The notes below the pieces were generated by a model, which made no database searches, was not told where the DNA came from, and worked only from the letters and a program-made list of their open reading frames with translations. From Alphaproteobacteria bacterium (GTDB taxonomy: Bacteria; Pseudomonadota; Alphaproteobacteria; MPNO01; UBA830), in contig JAYOEF010000003.1 in NCBI GenBank assembly GCA_038106605.1, positions 1 to 63,526 of the forward strand: 63,526 bases of DNA, written 5' to 3'. A program made the translations under genes and the position numbers. Shown here piece after piece: positions 56,060 to 63,526 of this stretch (its first letter is position 1; each line of letters starts with the position of its first letter).

Positions 56060-56913
56060 CGAAGGTCTACGGCGATTTCGACCAGGCGGCGCTCGACCAC
56101 CAGTACAGTGCGCGCGACACCGTGCCCGACATCGCCCCCTTCATCGCCGACTACGCACGCCTCAGCGAGGAAGCGCGCGCGGCGTTCGACTGCCGCCTCG
56201 ACGTGCCCTACGGCGCGACGCCGGCGGAAGTGGTGGACGTGTTCCCGGCGGGCGAGAACGCGCCGATGATGGTGTTCATCCACGGCGGCTACTGGCGGAT
56301 GCTGAGCCAGAAGGAATCCGCGTTCATGGCGCCCTGCATGACGAAGCTCGGCATCGCCGTCGTCACCGTGAACTACGAGCTCGCGCCCGTCGCCTCGATC
56401 GACGAGATCGTCCGCCAGTGCCGCGCCGCCGTCGCCTGGACGTGGCGCAGCGCGAAGAGCTTCGGCGGCGATCCCGGCCGCATCGTCGTCGTCGGCTCGT
56501 CTGCCGGCGGGCACCTGACCGGCATGATGGCGGCGGGTGGCTGGCACCGCGATTTCGGTGTGCCGGAAGACGTGGTCAAAGGTGCGATCCCGATCAGCGG
56601 GCTCCATGACCTCGAGCCGGTGCGGCTTTCAAACGTCAACGAATGGGCGAAGCTCGACCCCGCCTCGGCTGCGCGCAACAGCCCCGTCCGCCACCTGCCG
56701 GAGAAGGGCTTCCCGCTCGCCGTCACCTGGGGCGGCAGCGAGACCGGCGAGTTCAAGCGCCAGAGCCGGATCCTCGCCGACGCGTGGGCGGCGAAAGGCT
56801 GGCCGGTCGAGGCGTGGGAGACGACCGAGCGCAATCACTTCGACATCGTCTTCGACCTGTGCGATCCGGAGACGCGGCTGTGCCGCGCCGTGCGCCGCCT
56901 GTGTGAAGCATGA
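56056..56913 (+). CDS. alpha/beta-hydrolase fold-3 esterase / arylformamidase-like
   Basis: HGGYW oxyanion motif and GSSAGGH nucleophile elbow. ATGA overlap with the MFS gene. Confidence 0.8.
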   Translation: MTKVYGDFDQAALDHQYSARDTVPDIAPFIADYARLSEEARAAFDCRLDVPYGATPAEVVDVFPAGENAPMMVFIHGGYWRMLSQKESAFMAPCMTKLGIAVVTVNYELAPVASIDEIVRQCRAAVAWTWRSAKSFGGDPGRIVVVGSSAGGHLTGMMAAGGWHRDFGVPEDVVKGAIPISGLHDLEPVRLSNVNEWAKLDPASAARNSPVRHLPEKGFPLAVTWGGSETGEFKRQSRILADAWAAKGWPVEAWETTERNHFDIVFDLCDPETRLCRAVRRLCEA

Positions 56914-56954
56914 GATGCGGCGTGTGAGGCGGCGCCCAAATTGACTCCAATGCC

Positions 56955-58205
56955 ATGACCGCACCGCCCGTTTCCGCCGGCGCCCCGCGGCTCGCCTACG
57001 CCGCGACCGTCGTGATGATGATCCAGCAGTCGCTGTCGACGATGGCCGGCCTCGCGCTCCCCGTCCTGGTGCCGCCGATCGCCGCCGAGACCGGCCTGAG
57101 CCCGGGCCTCGTCGGGTTCTACGTGCCGATCCTCTATGCCGGATCGATGATCTCCTCGATCGCCGGGGGCGGCTTCCTGCTCCGCTTCGGCGGCTTCCGC
57201 ATCGGCCAGATCTGCCTCCTCGTCACCGGCACCGGCATGCTGATCTGCGCCGAGGGCCACCTCGCCCTGCTCGCGCTCGGCGGCCTGGTGATCGGCCTCG
57301 GCAACGGGCCGTCGACGCCCGCCGGCTCGCACGTGCTCGCGCGCTACGCCAAGGGCCGCAACGCGCCGATGCTGTTCTCGATCAAGCAGACGGGCGTTCC
57401 CCTCGGCGGCATGCTGGCCGGTACGCTGCTGCCTATCTTCGTCCTCCAGTTCGGCTGGCGCGGCGCGCTCGTCTGCGCGGCGGCGATGTCGTTCGCCTTC
57501 GTCGTCCTCGGCCAGCCGCTGCGCCGCGAGTTCGATTTCGACCGCCAGCCGGGGCGCACGCTCCGCATGCTCGACGTGCGCGCGACGCTCGGCACCGTGA
57601 TCCGCGAGCCGCGCATCCGTGAGCTCGCCATGGCCGCATGCGTCTATACCGGCCTGCAGGTGACGTTCGCCTCCTTCTTCGTCGCCTTCGTCTCGATCCG
57701 GCTGGGCTGGACGCTGACCGAGGCGGGCGCCGCCTACTCCGCCGCGATGATGTCCGGCATCGGCTTCCGAATCCTCTGGGGCTGGCTCGCCGCGCGCTTC
57801 ATTCCGCCGGTTTACATCCTCGCGATGCTCGGCGCGGGAATGGCCTGCGGCATCGTCGCCATCGCCTTCGTCGCGCCGGGATGGAGCACGGCCGCGATCT
57901 GGGGCCTCGCGATTCTATTCGGCGCGACGGGCATCGGTTTCCAGGGCGTTCTCCTCGCCGAGGTCGCGCGCATCGCCCCGCACGGGATGGCCGGCGTGAT
58001 CACCGGGGGCATCGTCTTCTTCGCCTTCGTCGGCATGATCGTGTTCCCGGCCGCGTTCGGCCTGCTGCTTTCGCTCGGCGTCTCCTACGAGACCTGCTTC
58101 GCGGCGTCGGGCGTCTGCCCGGCGCTGGTCGCCGCGACGCTTCTTGCATCCGCGGTTCGCCGGAGCCGGAGCGGGCCGGGTGCATCGGCCTCCGCCGGCG
58201 GCTAG
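56955..58205 (+). CDS. MFS transporter
   Basis: 416-aa protein with a 12-TM hydrophobic profile. Confidence 0.8.
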   Translation: MTAPPVSAGAPRLAYAATVVMMIQQSLSTMAGLALPVLVPPIAAETGLSPGLVGFYVPILYAGSMISSIAGGGFLLRFGGFRIGQICLLVTGTGMLICAEGHLALLALGGLVIGLGNGPSTPAGSHVLARYAKGRNAPMLFSIKQTGVPLGGMLAGTLLPIFVLQFGWRGALVCAAAMSFAFVVLGQPLRREFDFDRQPGRTLRMLDVRATLGTVIREPRIRELAMAACVYTGLQVTFASFFVAFVSIRLGWTLTEAGAAYSAAMMSGIGFRILWGWLAARFIPPVYILAMLGAGMACGIVAIAFVAPGWSTAAIWGLAILFGATGIGFQGVLLAEVARIAPHGMAGVITGGIVFFAFVGMIVFPAAFGLLLSLGVSYETCFAASGVCPALVAATLLASAVRRSRSGPGASASAGG

Positions 58206-58249
58206 ACTTCCTATCCCCTCGGACCGGACAGACCGCAAAGGACAGACAC

Positions 58250-59284
58250 ATGAGCCGCATCCGCACCACCATCGCCGGCAGCCTGCCGAAGCCGACATGG
58301 CTCTCCGATCCGGAGACCCTGCGCGCACCCTGGCGGCTCGAAGGCGCGACGCTCGCCGAAGGCCAGGACGACGCGGTCGCGCTGTGGCTCGACGGGCAGG
58401 AGTTCGCGGGCATCGACATCCTGACCGACGGCGAACAGCGCCGGCACCATTACATCTGGGGTTTCATCGAGCATCTCGGCCGCGTCGATTTCGCCAACCC
58501 CGCGCGCAAGCGGAGCCGCGGCCAGCGCTATTCCGCGGAGACACCGGCGCCCCGTGTGCTGGAAGAATGGGATTGGAAGGGGCCGGTGCTGGTCGATGCG
58601 CTGCGCTTCGCCAAGGCGCGGACCGACCGTCCCGTCAAGGTGACGCTGCCCGGGCCGATGACGGTGGCCGACAGCGTGTTCGACGAGGCGGGCAGGCGCT
58701 CCGACGCGGAGTTTGCCGCCGCTTACGCCGCGCTCCTCAACCGCGAATGCCGTGCGCTCTCTGCCGCAGGCGCGGACGTCATCCAGATCGACGAGCCCTG
58801 CTTCAACATCTATCTCGACGAGGTGAAGGACTGGGGCATCGAGCTCCTCGAACGCTCGTTCGAGGGCGTATCGTCGAAGCGCGCCGTCCATATCTGCTAC
58901 GGCTACGGCACCGAGGTCGTGCTCAACTGGAAGAAGGGCAACACCGACTGGAGCCACTACAACGCGACGCTGCCGCTGCTCGCCAAGAGTTCGATCGACC
59001 AGGTCTCGGTCGAGTGCGCGGCCTCGGGCGTCGACCTATCCGTGCTCGACTGCCTGAAGGGCAAGGACGTCATGGTCGGCGTGATCGATGTCGGCACCGA
59101 GGAGGTCGAGACCGCATCCCTCGTCGCCGAGCGCATCCGCCACGCGATGGAGCATGTCGATGCGGACCACCTGATCGCCTGCACCGACTGCGGGATGGTG
59201 CCGCGCTCGCGTCACGCGGCGCAGGGCAAGTTGAATGCGCTCGCCGCGGGCGCCGCGCTGGTGAACGGCGAGCTCGGCAACTAG
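58250..59284 (+). CDS. stand-alone cobalamin-independent methionine-synthase-like (MetE C-terminal/UROD-fold) Zn methyltransferase
   Basis: TTIAGSLPKP, DILTDGEQRR, IQIDEP, HICYGY and ACTDCGM (Zn ligands); 344 aa with no MetE N-domain. Confidence 0.75.
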   Translation: MSRIRTTIAGSLPKPTWLSDPETLRAPWRLEGATLAEGQDDAVALWLDGQEFAGIDILTDGEQRRHHYIWGFIEHLGRVDFANPARKRSRGQRYSAETPAPRVLEEWDWKGPVLVDALRFAKARTDRPVKVTLPGPMTVADSVFDEAGRRSDAEFAAAYAALLNRECRALSAAGADVIQIDEPCFNIYLDEVKDWGIELLERSFEGVSSKRAVHICYGYGTEVVLNWKKGNTDWSHYNATLPLLAKSSIDQVSVECAASGVDLSVLDCLKGKDVMVGVIDVGTEEVETASLVAERIRHAMEHVDADHLIACTDCGMVPRSRHAAQGKLNALAAGAALVNGELGN

Positions 59285-59304
59285 ACGCAGTACCGAACGA
59301 ACGG

Positions 59305-59347
59305 CAAAAAAGAAAGCGGCGCCCGGTGGGCGCCGCTTCCCGTTTCG
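59305..59347. terminator. bidirectional Rho-independent terminator between convergent metE-like and pstS genes
   Basis: A GCGGCGCCC-GGT-GGGCGCCGC hairpin is flanked by an A-run on one side and a T-rich tract on the other. Confidence 0.75.
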
Positions 59348-59364
59348 GCAGGTGTCGCCGGAGC

Positions 59365-60405
59365 TTACATGCTGAGCGGCGAGAACTTCTGCGCCGAGGC
59401 TGCGACCGCCTTGCGCTCTGCGTCCGGCAGCGGGATCAGGCCCTTTTCGGCGAGGTATCCGTCGGGGCCCCACGCCTTTTCAGCGGTGAACTCGGCGACG
59501 TATTCCTTGATGCCGGGGACGACACCGACATGCGCCTTCTTCACGTAGAAGAACATGGAGCGCGAGATCGGGTACTTGCCGTCGGCGATCTGCTCGAAGG
59601 TCGGCGCATGGCCCTCGACGATGCTGCCCTGGACCTTGTCGGCGTTCGAGTCGAGGAAGGAGAAGCCGAAGATGCCGAAGGCGTCCTTGTTGGCGACGAG
59701 CTTCTGGACGATCAGCACGTCGTTCTCGCCGGCCTCGATGTAGCCGCCGTCCTCGCGGATGCCCTGGCAGATCGCCTGGAACTTCTTCTTGTCGGTCTTG
59801 GCCATCGCCTTGATGCCCGCGAATTCCTCGCAGCCGTGATCCATCACGAGCTCGACGAAGGCGTCGCGCGTGCCGGAGGTCGGCGGCGGGCCGAGGACCT
59901 CGATCTTCACGTCGGGCAGCGACTTGTCGATCTCGCTCCACTTCTTGTAGGGGTTCGCCTGGATCTTCGAGCCGTCGGCGTTGGCCGGTACGTCCTTGGC
60001 AAGCGCGAGCCAGAGTTGCTTGCGCGTGACCTTCATCGGCGCGGCGCCCTTGGCGTTGGCGACGACGATGCCGTCGAAGCCGATCTTGACCTCGGTGATC
60101 TCCTTCACGCCGTTCTTGGCGCAGAGCTCGACCTCGGACTTCTTGATCCGGCGCGACGCGTTGGTGATGTCGGGATGCTCGACGCCGACGCCGCCGCAGA
60201 ACAGCTTGAGACCGCCGCCGGAGCCGGTGCTTTCGACGACCGGCGTCTTGAACTTCGTGGTCTTGCCGAACTGCTCGGCCACCGTGGTCGAGAACGGGAA
60301 GACGGTCGAAGAGCCGACGATGCGGATCTGATCGCGCGCCTGCGCGGACGCAGCCATCGCGACGGTCGCTGCCGCCGCAACCGCGAGAATACGGGAGAGT
60401 GTCAT
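59365..60405 (-). CDS. pstS: phosphate ABC transporter substrate-binding protein (PstS family), orphan
   Basis: Signal peptide, IRIVGSSTVFPF, STGSGGG and GTRDAF motifs. No pstCAB genes are adjacent. Confidence 0.85.
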   Translation of the reverse strand: MTLSRILAVAAAATVAMAASAQARDQIRIVGSSTVFPFSTTVAEQFGKTTKFKTPVVESTGSGGGLKLFCGGVGVEHPDITNASRRIKKSEVELCAKNGVKEITEVKIGFDGIVVANAKGAAPMKVTRKQLWLALAKDVPANADGSKIQANPYKKWSEIDKSLPDVKIEVLGPPPTSGTRDAFVELVMDHGCEEFAGIKAMAKTDKKKFQAICQGIREDGGYIEAGENDVLIVQKLVANKDAFGIFGFSFLDSNADKVQGSIVEGHAPTFEQIADGKYPISRSMFFYVKKAHVGVVPGIKEYVAEFTAEKAWGPDGYLAEKGLIPLPDAERKAVAASAQKFSPLSM

Positions 60406-60511
60406 TTCGCCTCCAATTATGGGAGTTCCTGAATCCGGAGCGCGAGACGGTGTGCCACTCGCCGCGCCGACCGGCGCCCATCGCCGGTATCCGCAACCTA
60501 GACCGGGGATA

Positions 60512-60549
60512 CGATGCTTATATGACGGTTGGGTGACAGTTTTATGACG
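60512..60549 (-). promoter_or_regulatory. Pho box (PhoB-binding direct repeats)
   Basis: The minus strand reads CCGTCATAAAACTGTCACCCAACCGTCATATAAGCATCG. The GTCA cores are phased at 11 bp, and the first 18 nt match CTGTCATAAAACTGTCAY at 16/18. It lies about 107-144 nt upstream of the pstS ATG. Confidence 0.7.
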
Positions 60550-61630
60550 GCGTCGCCGGGCCCTTGGATTCGGGGTGTGGCCTGAGCGAGAGCGGCCGCT
60601 CGACCGCGAGATAGATTGGAACGGACGCCGCGACCGAGAACAGGAGACCTGCCGGAACGAGGGCCGCATAGACGAGGACGGTCCCCGGCGGATCGACCGC
60701 CGGCAGGAACATGAAGAAGACCTGGAGGCCGAGCGAGTGGGTCAGGTAGTAGCTGTAGCTCATGTTCCCCAGGAGGCGCAGCGGCCGCCAGGAGAACAGC
60801 CGCGCCGCGGGTCCGGGCGCGTAAAGACACCGCCACAGCAGTAAAACGAGCGCAGCATTGAGGAACAGGTAATTCGGCGGCCGGGTCTGGATACCGAAGG
60901 TCGCGAGCGAGACCACGAACGCCGCCAGCGCTGCCCAGTCGATCAGCGCGTTTTCCCGGTCCTCCGTCCGCAGGCACGAAATCTCGTAGAGAAGGATGCC
61001 GCCGAGGAACATCGTGAGACGGAAGCGCCCGGCCTCGCCGAGATGGGCGAGGACGATGAAGCCCGCGAGGACCAGGGCGAACAGCGCGATCCGCCGCGGC
61101 GGCGCCCAGCCGCGCAGCAGGAGCCCGGCGACGAGCAGCGGAACCGCGATGTAGTAGAAGGCCTCGTAGCTGAGCGACCACGCCACCGTGATCATCGGCT
61201 CCATGTCGATCATGCCGGGCAGCAGCAGCAGGTTGACGGCGACGTAGTGCAGCACGCCGGTTTCCGGCAGCTTCGAGCTCTGCGGCAGCACCGCGCCGAT
61301 GACGAGATAGAGCGCGAAGACGGCGAGAAACGCGGGATAGATTCGCTCGATCCGGCGCCAGGCGTAGGCCCGGTAATCGATCGGCCGCCGGATCACGGCG
61401 CGGTAGATCAGAAATCCGCTGAGGACGAAGAAGATATCGACCCCGGTGTTGCCGATGGCGTGGATCACTTCGAGGAATTTAGGCTTGCCGTCGAAATAGG
61501 CCGACATGCCCGTGGTGTAGTGGACGAAGAAGACGAGGGTGACGGCAATTCCGCGCAGCCCCTCCATCGGCAGCCAGCGTCCGCCGCCGCTTCCGCCGAG
61601 TTCGAACAGATTGAGGAAGCCCCTGATCAT
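60542..61630 (-). CDS. acyltransferase family 3 (OafA/OatA-type membrane O-acyltransferase)
   Basis: LRGIAVTLVFFVH, GVDIFFVLSGFLI and WSLSYEAFYY motifs. Confidence 0.85.
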   Translation of the reverse strand: MIRGFLNLFELGGSGGGRWLPMEGLRGIAVTLVFFVHYTTGMSAYFDGKPKFLEVIHAIGNTGVDIFFVLSGFLIYRAVIRRPIDYRAYAWRRIERIYPAFLAVFALYLVIGAVLPQSSKLPETGVLHYVAVNLLLLPGMIDMEPMITVAWSLSYEAFYYIAVPLLVAGLLLRGWAPPRRIALFALVLAGFIVLAHLGEAGRFRLTMFLGGILLYEISCLRTEDRENALIDWAALAAFVVSLATFGIQTRPPNYLFLNAALVLLLWRCLYAPGPAARLFSWRPLRLLGNMSYSYYLTHSLGLQVFFMFLPAVDPPGTVLVYAALVPAGLLFSVAASVPIYLAVERPLSLRPHPESKGPATPS

Positions 61631-61764
61631 CGCGCTATTTTCCGGCCGTCGTCCCGTTCGAGGATATCAGAGGCGGAGGCGTCGACCGCGTTCCGGAAGG
61701 AGCCGGTCCGTTGGAACCGCACCGGTATGACCGGCAGGCCCGGTCTGGAACCGGGCTTGGAAAA

Positions 61765-61840
61765 TGGTGCCGCCTGCGTGACTCGAACACGCGACCCTCG
61801 CATTACGAATGCGATGCTCTACCGGCTGAGCTAAGGCGGC
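61765..61840 (-). tRNA. tRNA-Thr (anticodon CGU)
   Basis: The reverse complement GCCGCCTTAGCTCAGCCGGTAGAGCATCGCATTCGTAATGCGAGGGTCGCGTGTTCGAGTCACGCAGGCGGCACCA folds as a cloverleaf. The acceptor pairs GCCGCCT/AGGCGGC, the anticodon loop is TTCGTAA, the T-arm is GTTCGAGTC, and the CCA is encoded. Confidence 0.9.
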
Positions 61841-61931
61841 TCCGATGCAGCTGCCGTGGCGCGAACTGCGGGCGAAGAGATAACGCCAAAAGATGCGGCG
61901 AACAAGTGCAAGAACTGTTAACCGGGGCCTG

Positions 61932-63398
61932 TCAGGCCCGCGCGGACGACCCGCCGGCGGGCCCTGAATCGGGTCCGGTATCCGGTTCGCTATCCTGGGG
62001 GCCGCCGTCGAGATACTCCATCTCGAGCTCGCTCTCGATCTCGTCGTCGAGCGCATCGTCCTCGGGCGCAGACGCCGCGAAACGGAGGCCGAGCGAGGAA
62101 GAGCGCGCGCGCGGCGGCGGCGCCCAGTGCTGGCTGCCGAGCGCGCCGCACTGGGCGCAGACCGGCGACCACGAATCCCAGACCGCGCCGCAGTCGGCAC
62201 AGATCCACGCCGGATCGGGGCTTGCCGCGGACGCGCGGAGAAGCCAGGCGCGGATCGCCGCGGAATCGCCCTTTTCCTTCTCTTCGAGGTCGGCCATCAG
62301 GCGGCAGACGCGAGCCGACGGATCGTCGCCCGCGGCCTTGGACAAGTGGTTCCGCGCCTCGCCCCAGAGCTTCGCGGCGAGCGACGCTTCGGCGAGCGCG
62401 ATGTGGCTTTCGGGGCTGTCGGGATTGAACGACAGGAGGCGCTCGAACCGGCGCACGCGCTTCAGCGGATCGTCTTCGCCGCCGACGGAGCCATAGATGC
62501 GCGCGAGCTCGGGGTGCGGCGTGCGCGCCCAGGCGTTGTGGATCATGCGGGACGCCGGGCGCGGCTTGCCGGTGCGCACCATAAGCTCGACCGTGCGCAA
62601 AACGGCGGGCAGGAAATCGGGCGCCAGCGTGTTCGCGCGGCGCGCGAACCGGAGCGCTTCGGAGAGATCTCCTTCCGCTTCCGCCTCGCCGCTGCAGCCG
62701 AGAAGAACGGCAGCGCGCTTGTCGCGCGCCGCATCGGCCGACACCGCCTTGCGCTTCACCGCCTCCTCCAGCGTCGACAGCGCGGCGCGCCAGCGCCCCT
62801 CGCGGATCTGCAGCTCGAACATCGTGGTCAGCACCCACGGCGTCTTCGGCTGGAGCTCGTAGGCGCGCTCCGCGTATTCGAGGGCGGCGCGCCGGTCGCC
62901 CTGGCGCTGCGCCTGCATCAGGAGGCCGCGCAGCCCGAGAAACGCCGTCTCGGACCGGCCGAGCATCTCGGTGAAGTAGCGCTTCGCCGCCGCCTCGTCG
63001 CCGTTGAGCTGGGCGGCCTGCGCCGACAGCAGCATGGTGAGCGGCGGCTCGTTCAGCAGCACGTCTGCCTTGCGCGCCTGGCGCTGGGCCTCGGCCGCGT
63101 CGCCGGCGGCGACCGCGACCATGCCGTGGGTCAGCGCGCGGTAACCGCGTTCGCGCCGCGACGTGCGCCGGCCCTCGCGGATGCGCCCGGGTGCGCGGCC
63201 GATTAGCCGCACGACGGAGAGGACGATCATCACCGCCGCGAACACGAGCGCGAGCGCGAGGACGAAGCGCCCGATCGACATCTCGATCAGCCAGCCCTGC
63301 CACTCGATCGAGACGCCGCCCGGCCGGTCGCTGAACCACACCGCTGCGACGACGACCGCCGCGAGCGAGAGGATCAGAAAGAAGGTGAAGCGGATCAT
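61932..63398 (-). CDS. hemY: HemY-like haem biosynthesis-associated TPR membrane protein
   Basis: MIRFTFFLILSLAAVVVAAVWF start, two N-terminal TM helices, TPR repeats and a C-terminal Zn-ribbon (CADCGAVWDSWSPVCAQCG). Confidence 0.8.
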   Translation of the reverse strand: MIRFTFFLILSLAAVVVAAVWFSDRPGGVSIEWQGWLIEMSIGRFVLALALVFAAVMIVLSVVRLIGRAPGRIREGRRTSRRERGYRALTHGMVAVAAGDAAEAQRQARKADVLLNEPPLTMLLSAQAAQLNGDEAAAKRYFTEMLGRSETAFLGLRGLLMQAQRQGDRRAALEYAERAYELQPKTPWVLTTMFELQIREGRWRAALSTLEEAVKRKAVSADAARDKRAAVLLGCSGEAEAEGDLSEALRFARRANTLAPDFLPAVLRTVELMVRTGKPRPASRMIHNAWARTPHPELARIYGSVGGEDDPLKRVRRFERLLSFNPDSPESHIALAEASLAAKLWGEARNHLSKAAGDDPSARVCRLMADLEEKEKGDSAAIRAWLLRASAASPDPAWICADCGAVWDSWSPVCAQCGALGSQHWAPPPRARSSSLGLRFAASAPEDDALDDEIESELEMEYLDGGPQDSEPDTGPDSGPAGGSSARA

Positions 63399-63526
63399 TT
63401 TCCGGTTTCGCCCGCCGCACCGGCGAGGAGCCGTCGGCCGAGCGCCGCCGCGGCGTCGTCCGCGGCGAGCCGCGCCTTCGCATCCCCAAGCCACGGGGCA
63501 ACGGCTTCGGCCGCCGGTCCCTGGAG
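63395..63526 (-). CDS. 3' end of an upstream gene (partial, runs off the window), translationally coupled to hemY
   Basis: The open frame ...PWLGDAKARLAADDAAAALGRRLLAGAAGETGK ends in a TGA that overlaps the hemY ATG (ATGA). Confidence 0.45.
   Translation of the reverse strand, partial: LQGPAAEAVAPWLGDAKARLAADDAAAALGRRLLAGAAGETGK

Noticed and set aside
59365-61840. tRNA-Thr could mark the integration site of a genomic island carrying the acyltransferase-3 and pstS genes.
   Set aside because: No integrase or recombinase, no direct repeat of the tRNA 3' end, and no obvious compositional shift were seen on either side.
1-63526. I looked for CRISPR arrays, IS elements, prophage genes, toxin-antitoxin pairs and recognisable defence-system genes (nucleases, helicases, methylases, STAND/AAA effectors).
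   Set aside because: None was found. The only AAA-type ATPase is the ExeA-like EPS-locus protein. The only repeats are the short tandem units listed as features.

Overview
GC-rich chromosomal segment, probably alphaproteobacterial. That placement is inferred from gene content: a PrsK/PrsR/PrsT regulatory trio, hemY with a C-terminal Zn-ribbon, and a tdh-kbl pair. I saw no transposase, integrase, phage gene, CRISPR array or rRNA. There is one tRNA, Thr(CGU).

Layout:
- 0.1-15.2 kb: upp, then a visibly decayed XrtA/PEP-CTERM-type exopolysaccharide locus. prsT, prsR, the locus ATPase, wecB and a UDP-glucuronate 4-epimerase are intact. The exosortase and its core partners are absent. At least four gene-to-gene deletion or rearrangement junctions and several in-frame stops are readable directly from the ORF translations.
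- 15.3-21.6 kb: a secreted C-type-lectin-like protein, an LLM oxidoreductase, and a MarR / GtrB-like GT2 / VanZ / VanZ-fused polytopic membrane protein / CMD operon.
- 21.8-36.2 kb: a TAXI-TRAP transporter, cupins, tandem BASS-like transporters, two ICMT/PEMT-like membrane methyltransferases, and an orphan Rieske oxygenase, RidA, GMC oxidoreductase, solute-binding protein and SDR.
- 36.4-37.8 kb: an unusual single-ORF fusion of a haem-oxygenase-like di-iron domain to a LuxI/FeeM-type N-acyltransferase. This is my top candidate for something undescribed.
- 37.9-48 kb: rhomboid-PNPOx, tandem AEC transporters, tdh-kbl and housekeeping or accessory singletons.
- 48.2-59.3 kb: a LysR-flanked beta-oxidation-like catabolic cluster with two MFS transporters and a stand-alone MetE-like enzyme.
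- 59.4-63.5 kb: an orphan Pho-box-controlled pstS, an acyltransferase-3, tRNA-Thr and hemY.

All family assignments come from motif recognition in the supplied translations. No database search was run.
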